A DNA stretch of 64,000 nucleotides from Macrostomum hystrix (lineage: Eukaryota; Animalia; Platyhelminthes). Every line of letters begins with the position of its first letter. Within the stretch, counting starts at the first letter, position 1. The stretch is taken from the NCBI GenBank assembly GCA_950097015.1, contig CATNEN010000032.1, positions 1,178,001 through 1,242,000 on the forward strand, read 5' to 3'. Shown here piece after piece: positions 49,101-58,574 of this stretch. The notes beneath the pieces were generated by a model. That model saw only the letters and a list, made by a program, of their open reading frames with translations, did no database searches and was not told where the DNA came from. Position numbers and translations under genes: made by a program.

Positions 49101-50774
49101 TCCAAGCGAACTGGCCGAGGCATCCCTGCAGGACCCGGTGATCAATGATGCGGTCACAATGACGCTCCAGGGGTGGCCTAACTCCATCAAGCAGCTGAAG
49201 CCGGAGCTGCAGCCGTTCTGGAGGATGCGGACGCAACTGGCGCTCTGGAATGACGGCAAGTGCCTGGCCAACGGCACCCGAGCAGTAATCCCCGCATCCC
49301 TGAGGGAGAAGACGCTGCAGCTGGCGCATTTCGGGCACCTCGGCGTGAGCAAAATGAAGCAGCATTGCCGGGACGCAGTCTGGTGGCCGCAAATCGATCA
49401 GCATATCGAGGAATTTGTGCGACATTGCGAGGCCTGCCTGCTTAGCGAGAAGAACTTTAAGCCACCCAAGACGGTCCTGACCCCTACGAAGTGGCCGACG
49501 CGTCCATGGGAGGAACTCCAGCTCGACATCTTCGGGGAGCTGCACTCTGCGCCGAACTCCTGTCGCTTCATCCTGGTGCTGTACGATTTGCATTCAAAGT
49601 GGCCGGAGGCTGCCTGCATGTCGACTGTCACAAGCGCGGATGTCATCGACGCCCTGACAACGTGGTTTAGCCGCTGGGGCCTGCCGAAGAGCATTAAAAC
49701 AGACGGAGGTCCGCAGTTCGTGTCCGGCGATTTTGAGGATTTTCTTCAGCGCTGCGGCATCCGGCACCGGCAGTCACCGCACTACCACCCCCAGGGCAAC
49801 GCGGCCGTAGAGCGCTTCAACCGTTTTCTCAAGGACGGCCTAAAGACGCACCTAGAGGAGGGCTACGACTTCAAGGACGCGGTGAAGACGCTGCTGTGGT
49901 CGTACAGGGCCACCCCGCATGCACTGACTGGAGTGTCACCGGCGGAGCTCATGACAGGCCGGAAGATCAGCACCCCGTTGACAGCTCTGCAGCCAAGGAC
50001 AACAGCGCGGCACAGACTGGCGGCCAGCATCAAGCGGAGGCAGCAGCGCGTTTTCGATCAGCTCAACACGACCCGGAGGCCGCCGCCCACGTTCATAGTC
50101 GGCGACTGGGTGCGCGTGAAGCGGCCGTTCGCCCGCGGCAAGCTGAGCAGCCGCCTGTCCGAGCCACGGCAGATCTCCCGGATCGCGAGCGCGACCACCG
50201 TCATCCTCAGCGATGGCTCCCGCTGGCACGTCGACAACTGCGTCCGGGTACCGCGGCCAGCCGGAGCGCTGCCGCACTGGCCAGCGCCGGCTCCCAGCGC
50301 AGCCGGGACAGCCGCGGAGGCGGCGACGGCGGCAGACCCAGCGAGACAGCAGCAGCCAGCCCAGACGGCGATCCGAGTGAGCTCAAGGCCGCGAGCGCCG
50401 CCGCAATGGTACGGTGAAATCGTGACTCACTGACTCGTTTTTTAGTGACGGTTATTCAGCTGTTATTAGCGATCAGCTGTTTCGATTTAATTCTCTTTGA
50501 AGTACCTGATGCATAAAAAGATCATTTTACTCCTTCGATGCTTGGTAATGCACTTTTATTTCCTGCTCAATATTTGCATAATTATTTTCGTTGCTCTATC
50601 CTTTGAAAGGGAAGGTGAATGTTGTGCAGTTGATTAATGCACGTACATAGTTCGTACATGTACACCTCTGATATCGATTGGCGCAGAATATATATAGTCC
50701 AATAACTGAGAGCCAACTTGGCGTGAAAGTTTCGGATACTAACTTGGCTGACTCGCTACTATTCATTTACAACA
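46152..50774 (+). mobile_element. Ty3/Gypsy LTR retrotransposon 1 (Mag-like), full length, 4623 bp
   Basis: 155-bp TG...CA LTRs at 46152-46306 and 50620-50774, identical by eye. 5-bp TSD ACACC (46147-46151, 50775-50779). PPT GAAAGGGAAGGTGAA before the 3' LTR. Confidence 0.96.
46438..50433 (+). CDS. Single gag-pol polyprotein, 1331 aa (gag, tandem Zn knuckles, protease, RT, RNase H, integrase)
   Basis: LLVDSGAKVS (PR), HYIDDIVV (RT), VACDSSAHALGAVL (RH), H-H-C-C plus QLDIFG / KTDGGPQF / VERFNR (IN); domain order PR-RT-RH-IN. Confidence 0.96.
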   Translation: MTSDSNSAEAPRISVSPPDQFLPQPGRPARPWKEWKALFENYLLAAGYDTLPEARRRALLLHCLGAEGQRVFAAVAATKRPSPTELAATVAILDEQFGAKVNVVAERHKFRQRSQRPGEKIADFVAALYALAGSCEFRDMMEEMIRDQIVEKVSDRRIRERLLIEDGLTLQKAVTLSQQWETSIAEASAIETEGAAAAGAQLEEEVKRVRLQPDRKNTGQGRPDRESCSKCGGGHNRRARCPAEGKSCHVSGKANHFGRMCRSQGAKVAEVMDESGQAVYMVRGASSPDIRCRLKVHGIWLNLLVDSGAKVSILSERTFRKLGNRSPLQPSTKKLIAYNGKAIDVVGEAVLSVSYRGQLVPFFCFTVVRQGSDIMGTDLMQHLSFQVVDKDGDLVRTVEKTAELPVWLAERFKPLTQGLGRIRGFEHRPRLNPAVPPVAQSLRRIPLSIKDKVQAEIDQLLEDDIIEEIQASEWISNLVIVPKPDGKIRVCNDLRCPNKAIVPDKQPLPTFEELTTEFKGSTVFTKLDLNSSYLQLELAEDRRDLTAFITEKGLYRYKRVCYGLNSAPAAFQKVLSKILHGCSGTLHYIDDIVVHAANEAEHLRRLTTVLDKLLAHGVTLNASKCQWAAETVQFLGYIVSARGLQPMQSNVEDIEAVPEPQNAEAVASFLGMVKFYSNFLHNLSDIAEPLLLLLRKEQPWNWTTDCQKAFWRLKKMVVSPTCLRFFSPDDKIIVACDSSAHALGAVLMQDDSAGVRRPVAFASRTLSATERKYSASEREALACIFACERWHYFLFGRRFELHTDHQALTTLLTAQGSGHRPLRLHRWADRLLAYDFQVCHVPGKKNIVPDFLSRHGALEGKCPRQSEEDSTELQVNAVLLSGALEIVSPSELAEASLQDPVINDAVTMTLQGWPNSIKQLKPELQPFWRMRTQLALWNDGKCLANGTRAVIPASLREKTLQLAHFGHLGVSKMKQHCRDAVWWPQIDQHIEEFVRHCEACLLSEKNFKPPKTVLTPTKWPTRPWEELQLDIFGELHSAPNSCRFILVLYDLHSKWPEAACMSTVTSADVIDALTTWFSRWGLPKSIKTDGGPQFVSGDFEDFLQRCGIRHRQSPHYHPQGNAAVERFNRFLKDGLKTHLEEGYDFKDAVKTLLWSYRATPHALTGVSPAELMTGRKISTPLTALQPRTTARHRLAASIKRRQQRVFDQLNTTRRPPPTFIVGDWVRVKRPFARGKLSSRLSEPRQISRIASATTVILSDGSRWHVDNCVRVPRPAGALPHWPAPAPSAAGTAAEAATAADPARQQQPAQTAIRVSSRPRAPPQWYGEIVTH

Positions 50775-51697
50775 ACACCGACCCCGGTGAATAGTGAATA
50801 GTCGCTAGCTTTAAATTCCTCACGCTCCAGCTAGGACATTCATTTTATTACAGTGGCCCGATATATTGTGGGGATGGCAAAAATTATCGAGGGTAGCAAG
50901 CTTTGTCGAGGGATAGCATGGTATATCAAAGTGGTAGCATGATTTATCGAGGAGATATCAAGTGAAGATGTGCAGAGTTGTGAAGTTGCAAATTTAATTT
51001 TTTTTTCCTTCTCAGGGCCTTAAAGCATCTTCTTCCCCCAAAGGAGGTCTTGGTTGCTTAGTAGAAATTCATTATTAAATGATTATTTTTGGCATGCTCT
51101 TGGCCCTAGTCCCTGACTTCGAGTTAACAGATTTCATCCAAAAGAAGTTATTGGAGATGTACATAAGTTATGTCATGAATTTGCCAATATGAAATTATTA
51201 GCAGGTTAAGTAATTTCAATGTGTCAATAAAGTTGTCTCAAGCATGATTTGAGAGTTGAGACAGATTAAGATTCCCGAATTCTGGACTGGGTTATTGCAA
51301 ATGATGGATTTGCATAAAAATATTTTATTTGTTTGTAGTCGTACTTAGATCTTGAGACTAGCACACTAAGCCCCCCTTTGGGGGGCACTACTGTTCAAAC
51401 AAAAATATTGTGTAATGCAGAAGGACAAAATAAACCTGAAAGCAAACAAAAATGAAAACTCATGTTGTCAGTATTAATTTCCCTGATTGCAAATATACAC
51501 TCGTATGTGATTGCGATTCAACGAAAATTTGAATTCTCACTAAATACAAAAATAGTCTGTCTGAGACATTCAGTCTGTACACCAAGAGCCCCATCGAGGC
51601 AAAATTACACAAGTAACTTACGTTTGATACAACTCAGCTTAATGCTACTTAAGTACATGTGAAAACTATCCCCTCAGCAGTAAAAAACCAGTGTCTC

Positions 51698-52375
51698 CCC
51701 AGCAGCAGAGCCGTAATTCCTCCCCAGCAGCAAAGCAGTAATTCCCCCCCAGCAGCAGAGCAGTAATTCCCCCCAGCAGCAGAGCAGTAATTCCTCCCCA
51801 GCAGCAGAGCAGTAATCCCCCCCCAGCAGCAGAGCAGTAATTCCCCCCCAGCAGCAGAGCAGTAATTCCCCCCCAGCAGCAGAGCAGTAATTCCCCCCAG
51901 CAGCAGAGCAGTAATTCCCCCCCCAGCAGCAAAGCAGTAATTCCCCCCAGCAGCAGAGCAGTAATTCCTCCCCAGCAGCAAAGCAGTAATTCCCCCCCAG
52001 CAGCAGAGCAGTAATTCCCCCCAGCAGCAGAGCAGTAATTCCTCCCCAGCAGCAGAGCAGTAATCCCCCCCAGCAGCAGAGCAGTAATTCCCCCCCAGCA
52101 GCAGAGCAGTAATTCCCCCCCAGCAGCAGAGCAGTAATTCCCCCCAGCAGCAGAGCAGTAATTCCCCCCCCCCAGCAGCAAAGCAGTAATTCCCCCCCAG
52201 CAGCAGAGCAGTAATTCCCCCCAGCAGCAGAGCAGTAATTCCTCCCCAGCAGAGCAGTAATCCCCCCCCCAGCAGCAGAGCAGTAATTCCCCCCCAGCAG
52301 CAGAGCAGTAATCCCCCCCAGCAGCAGAGCAGTAATTCCCCCCCAGCAGCAGAGCAGTAATTCCCACCAGCAGCA
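51698..52375. repeat. About 24-bp minisatellite (CCCCCAGCAGCAGAGCAGTAATTC) with variable poly-C
   Basis: Tandem array; C-run length varies between units. Confidence 0.93.
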
Positions 52376-53490
52376 AAGAATACTGGTAAACCCACTTAGA
52401 AAACTGTTAAACACTTTTAGAAAACTGGTAAACACATTTAGAAAACTGGTAAACACATTTAGAAAGCAGTTAATCCACACTTAGAAAACTTTTAGACACA
52501 TTTAGAGAACTATAAAACACATTTAGATTACCGAGACCCAGTTTTAGAATACTGGTAAACACGTTTAGAATACTGTTAAAAACATTTAGAATACTGGTAA
52601 AAACATTTAGAATACTGATAAACACTTTTAGAATACTGGTAAACACATTTAGAATACTGGTAAACACATTTAGAATACTGTTAAAAACATTTAGAATACT
52701 GGTAAACACATTTAGAATACTGGTAAACACATTTAGAATACTGGTAAACACATTTAGAAAACTGGTAAACACATTTAGAATACTGGTAAACACTTTTAGA
52801 ATACTGGTAAACACATTTAGAATACTGTTAAATAAAAACATTTAGAATACTGGCAAAAACATTTAGAACACTGATAAACACTTTTAGAATACTGGTAAAC
52901 ATATTTAGAATACTGGTAAACACATTTAGAATACTGTTAAACACATTTAGAATGCTGGTAAACACATTTAGAATACTGGTAAATACATTTAGAATACTGG
53001 TAAATACATTTAGAAAACTGGTAAACACATTTAGAATACTGGTAAACACATTTAGAATGCGGTAAACACATTTAGAATACTGGTAAACACATTTAGAATA
53101 CTGGTAAATACATTTAGAAAACTGGTAAACACATTTAGAATACTGGTAAACACTTTTGGTAAAAACATTTAGAATACTGGTAAACACTTTTAGAATACTG
53201 GTAAACACGTTTAGAATACTGTTAAAAACATTTAGAATACTGGTAAACACATTTAGAATACTGACAAACACTTTTAGAATACTGGTAAACATATTTAGAA
53301 TACTGGTAAACACATTTAGAATACTGGTAAACACATTTAGAATACGGGTATACACATTTAGAATACTGGTAAACACATTTAGAATACTGGTAAACACATT
53401 TAGAATACTGGTAAACACATTTAGAATACTGGTAAACACATTTAGAATACTGGTAAACACATTTAGAATACTGGTAAACACATGTAGAAA
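52376..53490. repeat. 21-bp minisatellite (ATACTGGTAAACACATTTAGA)
   Basis: Tandem array directly abutting the previous one. Confidence 0.93.
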
Positions 53491-55184
53491 ACTGTAGGAC
53501 ATTAAAAAAACTGTTGGACATTTAAAAAACTGTTGGACACTTTTCTGGATTGAAATTTTGTTAAAGATTTGATGATTTATATGTTGTAGTAAGAAACGAG
53601 TAGATGTCTCAATATATCGTTGAATTGAAGTCTGCAGGGCTATGCACATTTTACCTATTCAAATCACACACACGGGTGAGAAAAGCTGTGATGTAATCTA
53701 TTTATAAATTCGCACTGACTGTCTCGCCAGTGGGGTTGACATAGCTATGTACGTTTGACACAGTGAAATTCTTATCAGTGTACTCACTATTAACAAAACT
53801 GGCCCTGATGCAATCATTAAAATTGGCAGTGGAATGCACGTTGACAAAACTGGCTCTGATGAAATGCATTAAAAATCCTATCTAAAACAGTTTTTCGAAT
53901 ATTTAATCCCCTTAACAATGAAGTTAAGCTTATTAAAAATACGTGTAAAATTCTGCCCATATTTGGCATATTTTGGTGAAGAAATGGTGAAAATCGGTTG
54001 AGCCGTTCGGGAGAAAATCAATTACAAGCAACCAAGCAACCATTTCATTTTTAGTATATTAAAAAAAAATTGTGGGTAAAAAATATTGTTGTGTTTGAGG
54101 TTTCGGGTTATTCCCCCTAGACCATAGTTAGGAGGTGGTAGATTTTAAAAATATTTCAGCGCACATAACGATTTTTAGTACGAGCTACATGGGCAATGTT
54201 GGAAGCATGGCGGATTTCAAATTTCTGTGTTTAATATTTTTCAGTACTTTTTTTAAGATACTGAATATTTTGGTGAGAAACTTGCATTATCTGTACATGT
54301 TCCTCCAACAAAATATCCAAAAATATAAAGACAAGTCGCTGCATGAAAATTCAATTTTCCAAAGTTCATATACAATGAAATAACGACAGTCGTTGCATAG
54401 AAATTCACTTTTTTCAAATTTCATAGACGAGCTACAATAAGATGTGACGAATAAAGGTTAGTGTAGCGGTAATATCGTCGAATTATATTTGATATAAATA
54501 AGTGTGTATATATATTTCCAAAGTAATCTCGATGCTCACACGCTCGACACAAGGCACGGTAGAGCAGAAAAATATACATACGTTGCTTTTTAAAAAGGAC
54601 AGCTAATTCTTAGAATGATACAATATAACAATAATTAGTAAACATGCTTAGCATATAAATAATAATCTTGTCAGCAACTTGTAATGTAGCGAATTACTAT
54701 AAAATAAATAAGCAATTAAACTACCAATTAAACTACAATTAAAGGTTACACCGTCACACCCGCCTCCCTCCCCAAAAGGCGGTAGGTGAGCGCAAAAAGA
54801 TCGAAAGCATTAAATTACGATAAATAGCTAGTATAAATGTCTCTTAGAGTCGAACAACGTGAAAGGGTGTTTAAAAACCGAAGCAAACTAAATTTTTCTT
54901 CGCAAGCAACCTACTACGAGTAATAATGCTGGAAATGACAATCGAAATACGAATATTCTTGGTCACAAAATTGGCACGAAAAATATTTGACTGATTTAGG
55001 AAATTAAAATGCACTGGCGGGAACACGATATGAGAAAAATATTGTATTAGAGATATTCGTTAGAAGAACTGTTATAGTATTGATTATAGTCCAAGTTATC
55101 ATATAAAAAATTCCTGACTAGATCGCTGTACGGTGTGGTGCTCTACAAGTCATTTACGGAGTTCGAGGCAACGTCACGGTCGCG

Positions 55185-55560
55185 CCTGTGGTGGCCCTGG
55201 AACGCCTGTTGTGACCTTGATCGCCTGTGCTGGCCCTGGAACGCCTGTTGTGGCCTTGATCGCCTGTGGTGGCCCTGGAACGCCTGTTGTGGTCTTGATC
55301 GCCTGTGGTGGCCCTGGAACGCCTGTTGTGGTCTTGATCGCCTGTGGTGGCTCTGGAACGCCTGTTGTGGCCTTGATCGCCTGTGGTGGCCCTGAAACGC
55401 CTGTTGTGGTCTTGATCGCCTGTGGTGGCTCTGGAACGCCTGTTGTGGCCTTGATCGCCTGTGGTGGCCCTGGAACGCCTGTTGTGGTCTTGATCGCCTG
55501 TGGTGGCTCTGGAACGCCGGTTGTGGCCTTGATCGCCTGTGACGGCCCTGGAACGCCTGT
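55185..55560. repeat. 39-bp GC-rich tandem repeat in the 3' region of Gypsy 2
   Basis: GATCGCCTGTGGTGGCCCTGGAACGCCTGTTGTGGCCTT-like units, about 9-10 copies. Confidence 0.9.
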
Positions 55561-56054
55561 TGTGCTGCAGCCACCGACGTCTTGGCAGCTGGCGGCGACT
55601 GGCCTGCCCGCCCCTTTACTAACTAACTGAGCCACCCGCCCGAGAAGAGAAGGAAAGGAGAGAGAAGAAAAACCGGCGACCTAAACTCACGAGACCGCGA
55701 AAATGATGCCAGGAACCAGAGAAATGAACGGAGAGTGCTCGCTGCACCGTCAACCCTACAGCCCGAAGCGCAGGCATCCACTGAACAGTAAGTGCGGCAA
55801 GCGGACGGACTAACAGCAACCTGGTATCTGATACCAAGAAATAAATATAATGTCAAATTTTAGTTTCTTTAACTTGCTTTTTTTATTTTTTATTTAATTT
55901 TCAGGAAAACGTTTTTCCTTTTTTTTGACGTTTTTTCACATTTTTCATTTAAAAAGAGTTCCCTAGTTTTATACAGTAAGAACTTGGGACGTAGGCGGCG
56001 AAATCTTTGCTACATGTACGAGCTAACTTCCTAGGTGCACGTAGGCACGGTTAT

Positions 56055-58574
56055 CTAACGTCTAGTACAAAATCGCACCACTCTGCTTAGAAAACGTTGA
56101 GGCTTGCGCACCTGACGACCGGAACGGGTCGTCATGACCGGAGAAAGTGTGGAACCAGCACTTGCCGGTTCACTTGGTGCCACCAAGTCCTCAGCTTGTT
56201 GACCTGCGCCGGAACTTTCCACGGCGTCTTCATTTAATGACGCCCCAGGCCTGGTGTCACTGTTATCACCTAAGCCTTTCGAGCTTATACTTTCGTTTAC
56301 TGCTGCAATGGTACTGTTGGAGTGAATCACCTGGGGTTCAAACCCCTGTTCAGCTAGGATTTGCACCTCCGCTCCCACCTCAGGTACTTCATCCGGCCGC
56401 ATCACTACAAGAGAAGTTTCCAAGGCTTCTGGCGGCGAATCCGGAGGCAAGGTGCGTCGTGAGTCAGGCGAAGTCACACGCGGTGGGTCAGTCGGCAAGA
56501 TGTGTTGTGGTTCAGGCGACGATGCGCGCCGTGGCTCAGGCGGCTCGGTGCGTGCTGACACAACCGACACCGCAGCGTAAGATGGACATCGGACTTCGTC
56601 CTCTGAGGAGTACGAAATTTCACTGGCGCGTTTTTCGCATGGGTGATACTCTTCTGACTCGCTGGTCGTTCCTGGACTAGGGTCAGCTCGACCCACTGAC
56701 TGATCATCTAACAGGCCCAACCGCGATGGTGGGATCATGGCTGGAACCCTCAGTCCAAATCTGTCCACAACGTCCTGATACGTCTGTTTACGAATGCAGC
56801 GCTTAATGCGGTCTACATTGTAAATGTTGTGATTCGGATTCGGGGCTTGACAAAGTGGGTTAACCCGAGCGAACTCGGGTATGAGGCGGTAGTTTCGCTC
56901 GGAAATCTTTTGAACCACCTTGTACGGCCCCAGCCACACAGCCGTGTCCAATCCTCGATGGTCAGGATTCAGAACCCAGACAAGTTCGCCGATTTCGAAG
57001 TTAGAATGGATGGCGTTGCGGTCATAATTCCGTTTTTGCCTTTGCTGGGCTTTGCCTCGCACCTGACGAGCAATTGCAGACACCTCCACCAAGAGTTTGT
57101 GAAGCCTGTGGGCGTAGGAGTCTGGATTATACCGGTCTTGTCTTGGAGGGTTGAACTTTAGATCCAGTGGCAGGGTGAGCTCGCGGCCAAAGAAGAGCCT
57201 GGCTGGAGTCCATCCTGTTGATTCGGCCGTGGTGCTTCTGATAGAGAGGCCTACTAGCTGGGCTGCAAACGGCCAGTTTATTCTTTTTTCAAGGCAAACA
57301 GCGCGGATCTGGGCTTTGATCGTCTGCACTGTTCGCTCCGCTTTGCCGTTTGCCTGTGGTCTGCGCGCGGTGATTCGCGATAGGTCTACTTCTAGTAGAC
57401 GGGCGAGTTCGGCAATGGTCTTGTTTACAAACGCTGTTCCATTATCTGAAATCAAGCTCTCCATGGCACCATAGCGGACAACCCACTCAGTTAGAATGGC
57501 TGTAGCCGTTGTTTCGGCAGACACGTCAGAGACAGGTATGATCTCCACAAATCCTGAAAAATTGTCGACTAAGATTAGCAGGTACCGACTGCCGTCTAGT
57601 TCAGGGAATGGACCGGCGTGGTCTGCATGTACGATTTGATTCGGGTATCCTGATTGGATTGGTTTCAGAGGTTCTTTATTCAAGCGTTTGCTTTTCTTCG
57701 TCCGACTACAGATCTCGCACTCCGCTATTACACCTTTGACAAACACTTCCAGGTTTGTGATTTGAAACCTCTGCTTCAATGCTCGGACTGTTTTACCAGT
57801 TCCACAGTGGTTGATTTCCCTGTGATAGCAGGACACTAGCTCGTCGATATCCGCAGTTTCAGGTATAATGACGAGACGTTTGGCTATTTGACCTTTCTTG
57901 GAGGGCTTGACGCGAATCAACAGACCGTCCACAACCTCAAGCTCGTCAAACATGGCCCACAACGTTCGGATTTCACGACTACAGTCCTGAACTTCCTCTT
58001 TCTTTAGCTTCGGAGATTTCCCTGCAACAGCTTCGATGAGCCTGACTAGGTCCGTGCTAGACTCTTGTGCATCTCTGGCCCAAATGTTCTCAGCTTCCTG
58101 AGACATCTCATCTTCGTCTGAGTCTTCTTCCGATTGTTCTACTTGACCTGCCCGAGACGCGTGTTGGCCTTGATTGACTCCGATCTCACCTGACATCTGA
58201 GATATGGGAGCAAGCGCAAACTGATTTTCTGACACCTCATTGGGTTGGTAAGATAGTACGGTTGCAGATGATGGTAATGTGCATGTACTGTCCTGTTGTA
58301 CAGGGATGTGTGATGTTCGACTGATTACATTTGGTTGCTCCGTTTGCGTTTCTGTTGTCATCATTTCTGCGTCGGCTTCATGTCTATCTCTGGCCGTCAC
58401 TTCAGTTTTAGTGACTACAGAGTCGCTACCTGACTGAGGTTGTGTCTTGCAGAGTTCTGGTGGTGGTTCTGTTTGACTGGAAGTGTCTGTTCGTGTGGCT
58501 CTCAGTTGTACTGGTACCTGGACGAACTCTTGATCCTTCTGGTTTTCTTGTCCTTCTAAGCTTCTAAACTTAGC
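56055..58574 (-). CDS. Gypsy 2 linker plus integrase (HHCC, DDE, GPY/F) and Ser/Pro-rich tail; open frame extends upstream of the ORF-track start (58400) to about 58574
   Basis: YHREINHCG...CEIC, HADHAGPF, ISDNGTAF, AERTVQTIK, WLGPYKV. Confidence 0.9.
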   Translation of the reverse strand, partial: AKFRSLEGQENQKDQEFVQVPVQLRATRTDTSSQTEPPPELCKTQPQSGSDSVVTKTEVTARDRHEADAEMMTTETQTEQPNVISRTSHIPVQQDSTCTLPSSATVLSYQPNEVSENQFALAPISQMSGEIGVNQGQHASRAGQVEQSEEDSDEDEMSQEAENIWARDAQESSTDLVRLIEAVAGKSPKLKKEEVQDCSREIRTLWAMFDELEVVDGLLIRVKPSKKGQIAKRLVIIPETADIDELVSCYHREINHCGTGKTVRALKQRFQITNLEVFVKGVIAECEICSRTKKSKRLNKEPLKPIQSGYPNQIVHADHAGPFPELDGSRYLLILVDNFSGFVEIIPVSDVSAETTATAILTEWVVRYGAMESLISDNGTAFVNKTIAELARLLEVDLSRITARRPQANGKAERTVQTIKAQIRAVCLEKRINWPFAAQLVGLSIRSTTAESTGWTPARLFFGRELTLPLDLKFNPPRQDRYNPDSYAHRLHKLLVEVSAIARQVRGKAQQRQKRNYDRNAIHSNFEIGELVWVLNPDHRGLDTAVWLGPYKVVQKISERNYRLIPEFARVNPLCQAPNPNHNIYNVDRIKRCIRKQTYQDVVDRFGLRVPAMIPPSRLGLLDDQSVGRADPSPGTTSESEEYHPCEKRASEISYSSEDEVRCPSYAAVSVVSARTEPPEPRRASSPEPQHILPTDPPRVTSPDSRRTLPPDSPPEALETSLVVMRPDEVPEVGAEVQILAEQGFEPQVIHSNSTIAAVNESISSKGLGDNSDTRPGASLNEDAVESSGAGQQAEDLVAPSEPASAGSTLSPVMTTRSGRQVRKPQRFLSRVVRFCTRR

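Noticed and set aside
51649-53649. Gly/Leu/Cys-rich and NVFTSIL ORFs resembling membrane or LRR proteins
   Set aside because: Translations of the 24-bp and 21-bp arrays.
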